Virus record (IMG/VR): IMGVR_UViG_3300021086_000010
Coordinates: 1-40,920 of that record
DNA from: a virus
Lineage: Duplodnaviria > Caudoviricetes
Length of the DNA stretch: 40,920 nucleotides
Reading direction: 5' to 3' (one strand)
Shown: one piece after another, positions 6,385 to 15,974 of the stretch
Layout: the number at the start of each line of letters is the position of its first letter
How positions within the stretch are numbered: the stretch's first letter is position 1
Program-made: the position numbers and the translations under genes
Notes under the pieces: generated by a model
Seen by the model: only the letters and a program-made list of their open reading frames with translations
What the model was told of the DNA's origin: nothing
Database searches by the model: none

Positions 6385-7161
6385 ATGGCTCTATACGGAG
6401 CACGGGCTGTTGATTTTCCAGATACTTTCAAATCCGCTGCGCTCTCTCGGTTTGAGCCTTACCCATTTCTCACTACTGCGACTGCTTTCTCCTCGCATGC
6501 ACCAGCCACCTTCTTTTTCCATCCAGTGCTTCTGGCGGCTCCGGTTCAGATTGCCAATATCAACTTCTTCAAGTCGCTTAGCGTCTCGGCTCCCCAAGCC
6601 ACGTCTGCAGCTTCTACCGGCTCCGAGGGCTATTCTTACTCGCACGGGTTCACCCTCTTCACCAGACAGGATTCTTCAGCGAACTCTACTAATCTCTCCC
6701 AGATTAATACCGCCTCGGTGGGCCTTTCGGTCACGGTCGGGTATAGCTCTACCTCGCAAGTAATGGGGATGAGCTGGGTAACTGATACCACCGGAGGGAT
6801 TTCCAGCCTTTCCACTACCTCTAACGCGGCCAACTGGTCCAACTCTCTCTCTGGCCTCTTCCGGGTAGCTATCCCATTCCAGGCGGTACTCTCGGCTGGA
6901 GAGTACTTCTTTGCTCATGCTCACTCCTCGACTGCGGCGACCTCCAATAGCGCGGTTACCCTATTGTCTATCTCCAACCTGCATGTAGCCCCGCAGCTAA
7001 CCACCTTCATCAATCTGGGCGGGAGCGCTTCGGTTACCTCTGCTCAGATCGGGATCGGCCTAGGAGTAGCCTCGGCATTGACCACCAACGCCTCCATGGC
7101 TGGATCGGTCATCTCCGGCGGTACCGTCAATTTCTGGGTGCAGGAGATGTCGGCTCTGTAG
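6385..7161 (+). CDS. Ser/Thr/Ala-rich beta protein, probably virion-associated
   Basis: 258 aa, very S/T-rich with few charges; LSAGEYFFAH beta-sandwich-like segment. Confidence 0.65.
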   Translation: MALYGARAVDFPDTFKSAALSRFEPYPFLTTATAFSSHAPATFFFHPVLLAAPVQIANINFFKSLSVSAPQATSAASTGSEGYSYSHGFTLFTRQDSSANSTNLSQINTASVGLSVTVGYSSTSQVMGMSWVTDTTGGISSLSTTSNAANWSNSLSGLFRVAIPFQAVLSAGEYFFAHAHSSTAATSNSAVTLLSISNLHVAPQLTTFINLGGSASVTSAQIGIGLGVASALTTNASMAGSVISGGTVNFWVQEMSAL

Positions 7162-7168
7162 GGGATAA

Positions 7169-7558
7169 ATGATAACCCGGATCCCTCGTCTTGGCCGCTG
7201 TCCGCGCTGTGGTGCGCAGCTTATGCGCGATCGGAATGGTTATCGATGTCAGTCTGACGGCGACTACTTTCCGGGAGCCGTGAGCATTAATCCGGTGGCC
7301 GCTATTATCGTGCAGGCCTGTCGCGATCTGTCGCAATCGGACGCCGAATGGTTGGTCACGCGGGAATTGGAAGTTGTTTCCGTTTCTGCTCCTAACCCGG
7401 GAACGGCGCTGACGACAGCCGAAGCGCGGGCGATATGTGCTCTGGCTTGGGGCCATGGTGGACGAAAAGACGATCAAGATAGCGCTTTAGTGAAGCTTCG
7501 CCAACTTGCTGAGTCTGATGGGGTAAAATGGGAACGTGGTCTTTGGCTGCACTCGTGA
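7169..7558 (+). CDS. Hypothetical protein with N-terminal Zn ribbon
   Basis: CPRCG..L......YRC; lies in the operon. Confidence 0.65.
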   Translation: MITRIPRLGRCPRCGAQLMRDRNGYRCQSDGDYFPGAVSINPVAAIIVQACRDLSQSDAEWLVTRELEVVSVSAPNPGTALTTAEARAICALAWGHGGRKDDQDSALVKLRQLAESDGVKWERGLWLHS

Positions 7559-7691
7559 GTTTCGAGCATGAGGTTAATGGCATGAAGACCACGATCAGGG
7601 AAATCCATGTCCATCTCTGAACTAGAACTGGAAGTAGAACGCTACCGGAGGATGTTGCTGGATTCTCATTACGCGAAGAAGGAGATCCAAA

Positions 7692-7943
7692 ATGGAGAAT
7701 GGAGCACCCACTCCGATCAAGATGGCCACCGACCAGGCGGTGGTGGTGTTCTACTACGACCTGGCCATCCATCTCCTCTCGGGGATGCAGAATCAACTCC
7801 GGCTGTTCAAGCAAGACAGCCCAGCCAACCAGTTCCAGCGGGTAATGGAACTGCTGGCGGAGAAGCGCAACGGGTTCCTCAAGGAAACCCAGAATCGGAT
7901 ACAGATCGTTCAGGCGGCCCAGGCGCCACTTCGGTCCAACTAG
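7692..7943 (+). CDS. Hypothetical helical protein (83 aa)
   Basis: AAGGAG RBS before ATG 7692; more protein-like than the overlapping low-complexity frame. Confidence 0.7.
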   Translation: MENGAPTPIKMATDQAVVVFYYDLAIHLLSGMQNQLRLFKQDSPANQFQRVMELLAEKRNGFLKETQNRIQIVQAAQAPLRSN

Positions 7944-7966
7944 CCCCTTTCGTTCTGCAGCCTCCG

Positions 7967-8482
7967 TTGAAATTGGACTTGGGCTGCGGCAAGAATAAAA
8001 AGGAGAGCTTCCTCGGGGTAGACTGTCTCGACTTTCCCGGAGTAGACTATAAAGTCGATCTGGGGTCTGAGCGCTGGCCTTGGGAAGACTCCTCGGTTGA
8101 TGAAGCCCACTGCTCTCATATGCTAGAGCATCTGGTTCCTAAAGAGCGGATTCACTTCGCTAACGAGCTATGGAGGGTGCTCAAGCCGGACGGGAAGGCG
8201 TTGATCGTGGTGCCTCATTGGGCTTCCTGCCGGGCTTATGGAGACCTGACCCACCAGTGGCCGCCAGTCTCCGAATTCTGGCCACCTTACCTGCAGAAGA
8301 AATGGCGGGAGGAAAATGCTCCACACAACTCCGGATATGAGTGCAACTTTGATTGTCTACAACCCGGCTATTCGATGCATCCGGAACTCTTATATCGAAA
8401 TGATCACTTCCGTACTTTAGCTCTACAGTTCGGCAAAGAAGCAGCGTTGGATATGATCTTTACGCTGGTCTGTAGGAAGTAG
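7967..8482 (+). CDS. Class I SAM-dependent methyltransferase (type 11-like); start uncertain (frame open from 7607)
   Basis: KLDLGCG motif I, WPWEDSSVD, SHMLEHL, ELWRVLKPDG, DLTH. Confidence 0.88.
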   Translation: MKLDLGCGKNKKESFLGVDCLDFPGVDYKVDLGSERWPWEDSSVDEAHCSHMLEHLVPKERIHFANELWRVLKPDGKALIVVPHWASCRAYGDLTHQWPPVSEFWPPYLQKKWREENAPHNSGYECNFDCLQPGYSMHPELLYRNDHFRTLALQFGKEAALDMIFTLVCRK

Positions 8483-8491
8483 GGAGGAAAC

Positions 8492-8743
8492 ATGGCAAAG
8501 GGAAGAATCTGTGAGAAGCATGGCGAATGGTGCCCCGAGGGAGAGTGCCGTTGGTGTGAGCCTGTGGTTCCGATTCGGCCAGTAGTTCAGCAGGAAAAGG
8601 GTCCAGGGCTACTCCCGCCCGCTGCTCAACTTGGAGCCTATTATCCATCACCAGATGTACAGGTCTCAGGCTTGGTAATTGGTCCGTTTTCTTTGCAAAC
8701 GGCCCAGCGGATGATGACCGGCATGGTGACTTGGTACACCTGA
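8492..8743 (+). CDS. Hypothetical protein with N-terminal Cys/His cluster
   Basis: GGAGG RBS; CEKHG..C...CRWC. Confidence 0.7.
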   Translation: MAKGRICEKHGEWCPEGECRWCEPVVPIRPVVQQEKGPGLLPPAAQLGAYYPSPDVQVSGLVIGPFSLQTAQRMMTGMVTWYT

Positions 8744-9360
8744 TGCCTAACCACGGCCTTTCCCGCCATTCCCCTACTTATCGGAGGATGCTCAAGTTTG
8801 TCCGGGGAATCACCAGCGGGATGACCCAAATCGAGGCAGTGCTGGCGGCTGGCTATCGCCCCGGGAGTGGTCATGGGCATCCGGTCTGGGAGCGGAAATG
8901 CGCCCAGTGCTATCACCGAGCCCAGGAGAGAGGCCAGCGGCTCCGGCAGCATAAGATGGTAAAGAAACTGATGGACGATTTCCTCCGGCCGCTGGAACGA
9001 AGTGCGGTGGAAATCATGACCCGTACTACCGATATCGCCATGCGAGATCCAGTCAACGGCTTTCGTGGATCGGACGTGGTAGCGGCCCTTGCGCTTTCTG
9101 CAAAGATGAAGGGCTTGGTTAAGGACCGGGCGGAGATTACCGGAGCAAATGGCGAGCCACTTAGAATTGAATTCCCTCCCCTCCCGGTCTTTGACGATTC
9201 ACCAATGGTTCAAACCACGGCCATATCAGGCGAGGTTCATGCACTACCTCCTAGACGGGAGGGCGAACGGGAAGAGGGCCTTCTGGGTAGTACATCGCCG
9301 GGGAGGGAAGGATCTGACCGCATTGCACACCACCTGCCGGATGATGGTGGAGAAGCGTAA
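8743..9360 (+). CDS. terS: Terminase small subunit
   Basis: TGATG coupling; TQIEAVLAAGY HTH-like motif and DRAEITGANGEPL C-terminal motif; directly upstream of TerL. Confidence 0.75.
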   Translation: MPNHGLSRHSPTYRRMLKFVRGITSGMTQIEAVLAAGYRPGSGHGHPVWERKCAQCYHRAQERGQRLRQHKMVKKLMDDFLRPLERSAVEIMTRTTDIAMRDPVNGFRGSDVVAALALSAKMKGLVKDRAEITGANGEPLRIEFPPLPVFDDSPMVQTTAISGEVHALPPRREGEREEGLLGSTSPGREGSDRIAHHLPDDGGEA

Positions 9361-10558
9361 GGGAGCCTATTGGCATATTTATCCTACCTTTGCCCAGGCT
9401 CGGAAAGCTATCTGGGAAGGATTTACTGCCGACGGCAATCGAATCCTCGATCTGGTCTTTCCTCGGGAGATCGTCAAGAGCCGGAACGAAACCGAGATGA
9501 AGATCGAGCTTCGCAACGGAACCATCTGGCGGCTGATCGGCTCGGACAAGATCGAGGTGGTGGGAGCAGGGCCGGTGGGAGTAGTCTTCTCCGAGTATGC
9601 CATGGCCAATCCGTTAGCCTGGAACCTGATCGCTCCCATGTTGATGGAAAACAGCGGCTGGGCAGCGTTCATTACCACCCCAAGAGGCCACAACCACGCT
9701 TACGAACTCTACCAGTTGGCCAAGCAGAACCCTGCGGACTGGTTCTGCGAGTTGCAAACCCTCCGAGACACCAAGGCTTATGACCCAGAAAAGACCATCG
9801 CTTCCGAGCGGGCTTCCGGGCGTCCGGAGGCGCTCATCCGCCAAGAATATCTCTGCGATTGGTCTGCCGCCAACGTTGGAAGTGTTTGGGGCGATCTGTT
9901 GGAAGCACTCGAAAATCGAGGTGGAGTGGCTGATTTCGAGCACGAGAGAGATGGAGTATACACTTCTTGGGACCTCGGTCATACCGATGCCACCGCAATT
10001 TGGTTCTGGCGATTAAATGAGCATCGCTTGCCGGACATCATCGACCACTACGAGGCCATTGGAAAGCCGATGAGCCACTACTTCCAGGCGGTCGATTCCA
10101 AGGGCTATACTTATGTCAAGCACTGGCTCCCGCACGATGCCAAAGCCAAGACCCTGCAGACCGGATCATCCATCGTGGAGCAGGCCCTGGCCCACTGGGG
10201 TTATCAAGTGGAAATCGCTCCGCGCCTTTCACTATCGGACGGTATCCAAGCCGGCCGCTGGCTCCTCCAACAGCCGATCCGATTCCACTCCCGCTGCGAA
10301 ACCGGGCTCAAAGCCCTCAAGCACTACCACTATGACTACGATGAGGAAACCAAGGCTTTCTCGATGAGGCCAGATCACGATTGGTCCAGCCATTCCGCGG
10401 ATAGTTTTAGATATATGTCGGTGGTAGTCCAGCATAGTGAGAAAATGAGTCGGCCTACTCCTAAGGAGAGGGAGAAGACGCTTGATTATCAGAAACCGCT
10501 GCTTGGTCAGATTACCATGAACGAGTGGTGGAATATGCTGGAGATGAGTAGAGAGTAA
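9149..10558 (+). CDS. terL: Terminase large subunit
   Basis: PRPYQ Q-motif, HRRGGKD Walker A, VVFSE Walker B variant, ITTPRG, SWDLG..D, LPHDA, HDWSSHSADSFRY nuclease motif. Confidence 0.95.
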   Translation: MASHLELNSLPSRSLTIHQWFKPRPYQARFMHYLLDGRANGKRAFWVVHRRGGKDLTALHTTCRMMVEKRKGAYWHIYPTFAQARKAIWEGFTADGNRILDLVFPREIVKSRNETEMKIELRNGTIWRLIGSDKIEVVGAGPVGVVFSEYAMANPLAWNLIAPMLMENSGWAAFITTPRGHNHAYELYQLAKQNPADWFCELQTLRDTKAYDPEKTIASERASGRPEALIRQEYLCDWSAANVGSVWGDLLEALENRGGVADFEHERDGVYTSWDLGHTDATAIWFWRLNEHRLPDIIDHYEAIGKPMSHYFQAVDSKGYTYVKHWLPHDAKAKTLQTGSSIVEQALAHWGYQVEIAPRLSLSDGIQAGRWLLQQPIRFHSRCETGLKALKHYHYDYDEETKAFSMRPDHDWSSHSADSFRYMSVVVQHSEKMSRPTPKEREKTLDYQKPLLGQITMNEWWNMLEMSRE

Positions 10559-12612
10559 TGTCAAATCTCACCGAAACCGGAGTCATTGACTCCAAAAAGG
10601 ACTTTCAGCCAGAGAGTCCGGCTAAACTGCAGCGCAAGTGGCAGTTGGAAGTCAACTCTGCGCTCAAGGCCCGGAAGAAGTGGATGACGGTAGCGGAGAA
10701 GGCCGCCAAGCGCTATTTGGGCGACAGATCGGAGAATGAGACGGCCGATCTGAAAACCCGGGTCAACCTCTTTCACTCGAATATCAATATCGTCCGATCT
10801 ATTCTTTACGGGCAGATCCCCAAAGTTGATGTGAGCAAACGCTATCACGATCCGAATGATGAAGAGGCCCGGGTGGCTTCGGAGGCCCTGGAGCGTCACT
10901 TGAACACGGACATCGAGATGGGGGCGGAAGATTTTGAGGCGGAGCTCAAAGACGCCATCTGGGACTGGAAAGTCCCCGGGATGGGTCAGGTCCGGCTCCG
11001 TTACGAGGCCGGCTTCGAGACTGTTCCCAGGGTGGATGCCAAACTGCATGAGGATGGTCGGGAACTGGCTCCCGAGGTTCCCGAATACGAGCGGAAGGTC
11101 GAAGAAGAGATCCTCACTGAGTACGTTCACTGGCGAGACTTCATCTGGTCTCCTTGCCGACGTTGGAAGGAAGTCCGTTGGCTGGCTTTTCGGGCGGAAC
11201 TGACCAAGGACGAGGCCAACCAACGCTTCGCCCAGGCGATCGGGAAATCTGGGCCGCTCCCCATCACCGAGCGGAAGTGGACCGAAGACGGCGAGTCCAA
11301 CAAGGAGATGAAGGACGCCTGGAATCGGGTAGTGGTATGGGAAATCTGGAGCAAAGACGACCGGAAGGTTTACTGGTACTGCGAAGGGTATCCTATCATC
11401 CTGGACGTGAAGAAGGACTTCCTGAAGCTGAAGACCTTCTTCCCCTGTCCGCGGCCGCTCCTGGCCAACGCCACCAGTTCCCAGTTAATGCCCAAGCCGG
11501 ATCTGGAGATCGATCGGCATCTTTATGACGAGATCGACGATATTGCCGATCGGCTCCGCCAACTGGTCAAACGCTGCCGTGTAACCGGAGCTTACGATGG
11601 CGGCTTTCCTGAGCTGGGTCGGGTGCTGGAGGAAGCTCGGGAAGGCCAGCTGGTGGGGGTGAAAAACTGGAGCGCCTTTACTGAGAAGGGCGGGCTGCAG
11701 AACGCGATTCAGTTGGTGCCGATCGACGGGATCATCAAGGCGGTAGAGGTCCTCACTGTCAAGCTGGTGGAGAAGATCCAGCTGCTGGACCAAGTGATTG
11801 GCCTGTCGGATATCATCCGTGGAGAGCAAGCCCATGCCCAGGAAACAGCCACTACCTCTCGACTCAAAGCTGGATTTGCTTCTACCCGTCTACAGACAGA
11901 TCAAGACGAAGTGGCCAGATTTACCACTGATCTGCAGAAGCTTAGAGCGGAGATTATTGCGAAACACTTCGACGAACGGACTATCATTGATCGAAGTAAC
12001 CTCCTTCGGGCCGAAGTCGATTCGGCCACCCGGCAGCCGAACATTCCGCTCATCCAGGCGGCGGTGAAATTGATCAAGGACAACTTCTGGGACTTCCGCA
12101 TCGTGGTCAAGGCTGACTCCATCGCCATGCGCGACTACGCTAGTTTGATGCAAGATCGTTCGGCCTCTATCCAGACCCTCTCCATGCTCTTCCAGCAGGC
12201 GATGCCCATGGTGCAGCTCTTCCCTCAATCAGCTCCGTTCGTGCTGGAAGTGGGCAAGTGGCTCTTGGCGGCTACCAAGGGTGCCCAGCAGATCGAAGGC
12301 CAGTTCGATCGGTTGGTCTCCCAGATCGAAGTGGCCTTGCAGAATCCGCCACCTCAGAAGGAAGACCCCAAGTTGGAAGCAGCCCGCATCAAGGCTCAGG
12401 CAGAAGGCCAGAAGGCGCAAATGGGTGTGGTGCAGACCCAGATGGACGCCAAGGCCCACCAGGCCAAAACGGCAGTGGATATGCAAAAGAGCCAGATGGA
12501 TATGCAGCAAAGCGTATTGGAACATCGCCTAGACCTGGAAAAGATCGCTGCCGAAGCCGCTCATCAGACCTTACAGCCGTTCCCCTCTAACAGTCCAAAA
12601 GGAAAACAATAA
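10558..12612 (+). CDS. Portal protein (P22-like podovirus type)
   Basis: 684 aa after TerL; EYVHWRDF, VWEIW, FFPCPRP, GLSDIIRG..ETAT; C-terminal coiled coil. Confidence 0.9.
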   Translation: MSNLTETGVIDSKKDFQPESPAKLQRKWQLEVNSALKARKKWMTVAEKAAKRYLGDRSENETADLKTRVNLFHSNINIVRSILYGQIPKVDVSKRYHDPNDEEARVASEALERHLNTDIEMGAEDFEAELKDAIWDWKVPGMGQVRLRYEAGFETVPRVDAKLHEDGRELAPEVPEYERKVEEEILTEYVHWRDFIWSPCRRWKEVRWLAFRAELTKDEANQRFAQAIGKSGPLPITERKWTEDGESNKEMKDAWNRVVVWEIWSKDDRKVYWYCEGYPIILDVKKDFLKLKTFFPCPRPLLANATSSQLMPKPDLEIDRHLYDEIDDIADRLRQLVKRCRVTGAYDGGFPELGRVLEEAREGQLVGVKNWSAFTEKGGLQNAIQLVPIDGIIKAVEVLTVKLVEKIQLLDQVIGLSDIIRGEQAHAQETATTSRLKAGFASTRLQTDQDEVARFTTDLQKLRAEIIAKHFDERTIIDRSNLLRAEVDSATRQPNIPLIQAAVKLIKDNFWDFRIVVKADSIAMRDYASLMQDRSASIQTLSMLFQQAMPMVQLFPQSAPFVLEVGKWLLAATKGAQQIEGQFDRLVSQIEVALQNPPPQKEDPKLEAARIKAQAEGQKAQMGVVQTQMDAKAHQAKTAVDMQKSQMDMQQSVLEHRLDLEKIAAEAAHQTLQPFPSNSPKGKQ

Positions 12613-12978
12613 ATGCCAGTACTTATCACCGGTAACAAAGGTCATCCGATGACCAATCAGAATAACGCTGCCCCCAAGGTCAAGCACAAGAACGACGGGA
12701 TCATGCCCAGCAAAGGCGGTGGAAGCGTAACTCGCCGGCAGGCTGCTACCCACGGAACGCAGTACAAGTCTACCGAGAGTAAGACTACCCATAGTGACGG
12801 AACCCCGATGGAGACGAAAAGCCATACCGAGGCGATGAGCGGAGCTGAATCTGGCGCCTCGGCAAAGGGCGGTCCCAAACACGGGAAGAGCTTCTATGGG
12901 AAGCTGACAACTGCCACTTCTGAAATGTCTCAGGCGATTCGCCGGAAGCAGAAGCATGCGAGCTATGGCGGATATTGA
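12613..12978 (+). CDS. Basic low-complexity hypothetical protein
   Basis: AAGGA RBS, TAAATG coupling to the portal gene. Confidence 0.65.
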   Translation: MPVLITGNKGHPMTNQNNAAPKVKHKNDGIMPSKGGGSVTRRQAATHGTQYKSTESKTTHSDGTPMETKSHTEAMSGAESGASAKGGPKHGKSFYGKLTTATSEMSQAIRRKQKHASYGGY

Positions 12979-13129
12979 GACGATCTGGCCTTGGAGTTGC
13001 TGGATCTGCGGTAAACGAGGTTGGACGGCCTCTCCGGACCCCTTCACTCCCCACAACCGGACTTTCCGGCACCGGTTGATAGCCCTCTTGCGGGGGAAGT
13101 GGGGTAGCCGAGGATTTACCTCCCGATGA
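12965..13129 (+). CDS. Small Zn-finger-like protein (54 aa), below the ORF-track cutoff
   Basis: MADIETIWPWSCWICGKRG...PHNRTFRH...; fills the gap, ATGA overlap with 13126. Confidence 0.6.
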   Translation: MADIETIWPWSCWICGKRGWTASPDPFTPHNRTFRHRLIALLRGKWGSRGFTSR

Positions 13130-13479
13130 GAGCTGTTTACGTCCATCGCCCCGACCATCCCAAAGCCGATCAGTGGGGCATGGTGGATATTCGAGAGCTA
13201 GGAGATGAGCCTTCTGCCTTGGCAATTAATGCGCCAGTGCTCGCAGGTAGGTTCTATGAGAATACCAAGGCTACCGACGGAAGTGATATCGGCAGTCGGA
13301 CCAAGCACCGAGAATATATGAAGCGCACCGGATTGACTGTGGCCTCGGATTATACCAAGACCTGGGAGAAAGCCGCCGAGCAGCGGGAACGTCTGCGCAG
13401 AGGCGAAAAGGGGTGCTTGCCCAGCCCTACCCGGCGGGAAGCACTAGCCCGCAAACTCTACCAGTTGGATAAGCCCTAG
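13126..13479 (+). CDS. Phage head-region hypothetical protein
   Basis: DGSDIGSRTKHREYMKRTGL motif, which I recognise from genes between portal and scaffold. Confidence 0.8.
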   Translation: MRAVYVHRPDHPKADQWGMVDIRELGDEPSALAINAPVLAGRFYENTKATDGSDIGSRTKHREYMKRTGLTVASDYTKTWEKAAEQRERLRRGEKGCLPSPTRREALARKLYQLDKP

Positions 13480-13487
13480 AGGATAAT

Positions 13488-13757
13488 ATGAAGCGCAGAG
13501 GATTTCTCAGGGGTCTTTTTGGCGCCACAGCGGCGCTGCCGGCCGTGGCTTTATTGGCCAAGACTGCCGCAGTCGAGTTGGAACCTCCGCAGGAGGAGAC
13601 GTTGAAATGGCTCCAATATTGGGCGACGAAGGGACGATGGCGAGCTGGCATCAAAAAGGGAAAGCTCCCAGACTCATCTAGGCGTAAGGCCCTAAATGAG
13701 GCTTGGTCCAAGAAATATGACGCGGCGATAATTGCTGCTGCGGAAGGGAAGTTGTAA
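13488..13757 (+). CDS. Small protein with twin-arginine (Tat-like) N-terminus
   Basis: MKRRGFLRGLFGATAALPAVA; GAGG RBS. Confidence 0.7.
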   Translation: MKRRGFLRGLFGATAALPAVALLAKTAAVELEPPQEETLKWLQYWATKGRWRAGIKKGKLPDSSRRKALNEAWSKKYDAAIIAAAEGKL

Positions 13758-14858
13758 ATGCCAGGACTTAGGGATATTTTGGAGGACAAATATGAAGAAC
13801 TCGCAGGCGAAGATTCATCGGATGTGGGGGCAACCCCAGAAGCCAATGACCAAGGCCCAAGCGAAACGCCTGCAACGCCTGATGAACGAGGCATGGGTGA
13901 AACTGGTGAGGGCGAACGCCAAAGAGACGATCAGGGACGATTCGTAACCCAAGAAACGAAACTCGGGCAGGAGCGGACTCCTCCTCCGAGCCGCCCGGGC
14001 CAGGGTGCGGTGGCCGGGGCCGGGATCCCTCACCCCGCTCCGGTCGCCCCGCCCGCTTTTCCCCGAGCTCCGCAGTCTTGGAAGCCGGGGATCCGAGAGA
14101 AGTGGGCTGGACTTCCTCAAGAAGTTCAGGCGGAAGTGGTTCGGAGGGAACGGGAGATTGCTCAGGCCCTCCAGCAACGAGCCGAAGCGGAAAAGGGGGT
14201 TACCGGATGGCAAGAGATGATTCGTCCATACGAAGCCCAAATCCGCCAGCAAGGGGTAGAGCCTACCGCTTATGTTGGGGATTTGCTCAAGACCGCCCAC
14301 GCCCTAACCTATTCCGCGCCGCAGCAGAAGGCCGATCTGCTGGCCAATATCGTGATGCAGTTCGGAATCACTCCCCAAGACCTGGATCGAGCCCTGGTGG
14401 CCCGTCTGCAGGGAGGTGCCGGGGTCCAACCACAAGTCCAGCAACAGCCACTCCGCGATCCCCGGCTGGATGAATTTTTCCAGAAGATGCAGCAGGAGAG
14501 CGCGGCCGAGGCCGATGAGAGCGCTACCTCATTCGCCGAAGGACATGAATTCTTCGAGGATGTAGCTACTGATATGGCCGACATCTTGGACGTGTGGGCC
14601 AAGCAAGGAAAGAAGCGTGTCTCGGAGGAGGATCTGGAGCGTGCTTACAGCATCGCTTGCAATAATAACCAAGACATTGTAAGTACGTTGGAGCAGCGCA
14701 AGGCTGCCGAATCCGCTCGGACCCAGCAGCAGGCCACCGAGCGGGCAAGGATGGCAGCTTCTAGCGTTGGTAGTAGCCCGGCAGCCGGTGGACAGGCCCA
14801 GCCGAAGGGCAATCTCAGGCAAGTGCTCGAAGCTCGGTATGACGAGCTTGATCAGTAG
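13758..14858 (+). CDS. Capsid scaffolding protein
   Basis: Acidic N-terminus, RDDQGRF, APQSW....EKWAGLP..VQAEV.RRE, coiled coils; directly before the capsid gene. Confidence 0.85.
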   Translation: MPGLRDILEDKYEELAGEDSSDVGATPEANDQGPSETPATPDERGMGETGEGERQRDDQGRFVTQETKLGQERTPPPSRPGQGAVAGAGIPHPAPVAPPAFPRAPQSWKPGIREKWAGLPQEVQAEVVRREREIAQALQQRAEAEKGVTGWQEMIRPYEAQIRQQGVEPTAYVGDLLKTAHALTYSAPQQKADLLANIVMQFGITPQDLDRALVARLQGGAGVQPQVQQQPLRDPRLDEFFQKMQQESAAEADESATSFAEGHEFFEDVATDMADILDVWAKQGKKRVSEEDLERAYSIACNNNQDIVSTLEQRKAAESARTQQQATERARMAASSVGSSPAAGGQAQPKGNLRQVLEARYDELDQ

Positions 14859-14958
14859 TCCGGCGAGAGGCATCTAGCCCCACTCCCGACAAAGTGGCGA
14901 ATCGGATGGTCCGATTCACGCGCAAATCCACCTTGTTTTCCAAGGGACTGGTGTATCT

Positions 14959-15957
14959 GTGGCTTTCGCCAACACGAGCGTCACCGATCTAATTGCCACC
15001 GCGATTGAATCGCGGACTGGCGAGCTCGCAAATAACGTAGAATCCAATAACATCCTACTGGCAGTCTTGCGCAAGAACGGGCGAATTAAGCCTGTCTCTG
15101 GCGGTACTCAGATTTTCCAGGAGCTTTCGTTCCAGCAGAATGCGAACGGGGGCTGGTACTCTGGAGCTGACGTACTTCCGGTGGGCGCGCAGGACGTAAT
15201 CTCCGCAGCGGCCTTCCCCTACAAGCAGTATGCCGTTGCGGTCATCGTGACCGGCTTGGAACTCCTCATTAATGCCGGTAAAGAACGGACCATCGACTTG
15301 GTAGAGGCTCGGCTGGAAGTAGCCGAGGCTACCATGGCCAATGATATCAACGTCGGGCTGTATTCTGATGGGACCAGCTCGGGCGGAAAGCAGATTACCG
15401 GTACTCTGGCGACCTGCCCCACCACCGCCAAAGCTTCGCAGACGGATACCTACGGGGGTATCTCGGCGTCCACCTTCACCTTCTGGACCTCCTCGACCAC
15501 CACCGGCCAGGACATTTCCACGGCCGCCAAGGTGCAGACGGTGATGAACACTCAGTGGGCTACTCAGGTCCGCGGAGCTGACCGGCCAGACTGCATCGTC
15601 ATGGACCAGCTCTACTGGGCTGATTTCATGGCGTCTTTGCAGGTCATCCAGCGCTTTACCGACCCGGGTAAGGCAGAGCTGGGCTTCCCCTCCATCAAGT
15701 TCATTACCGCCGATGTCTTTTTGGATCCCACCACCGGCATCGGACTTGGAGGCGGCGCAACCACCAAGACGGCCTACTTCTTCAATACCAAGTACTTGCA
15801 TTTCAGGCCTCATCGGGATCGCAACTTCGTTCCCATTTCCCCCAACAAGCGCTACGCCCTGAACCAGGACGTGGAGGCCCAGATCCTCGGCTGGGCTGGT
15901 AACTTGACCTGCTCTGGCCGTCAGTTCCAGGGCCGTTCAATCGCTACCACCACCTAA
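14959..15957 (+). CDS. Major capsid protein (HK97 fold)
   Basis: 332 aa after the scaffold; SGG..I...L.F..N....YSGAD.L, LYSDGT..GGKQITG, YFFNTKYL.FRPH, WAGNLTCS. Confidence 0.9.
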   Translation: MAFANTSVTDLIATAIESRTGELANNVESNNILLAVLRKNGRIKPVSGGTQIFQELSFQQNANGGWYSGADVLPVGAQDVISAAAFPYKQYAVAVIVTGLELLINAGKERTIDLVEARLEVAEATMANDINVGLYSDGTSSGGKQITGTLATCPTTAKASQTDTYGGISASTFTFWTSSTTTGQDISTAAKVQTVMNTQWATQVRGADRPDCIVMDQLYWADFMASLQVIQRFTDPGKAELGFPSIKFITADVFLDPTTGIGLGGGATTKTAYFFNTKYLHFRPHRDRNFVPISPNKRYALNQDVEAQILGWAGNLTCSGRQFQGRSIATTT

Positions 15958-15974
15958 GGAGAAAGGAGAAAACA

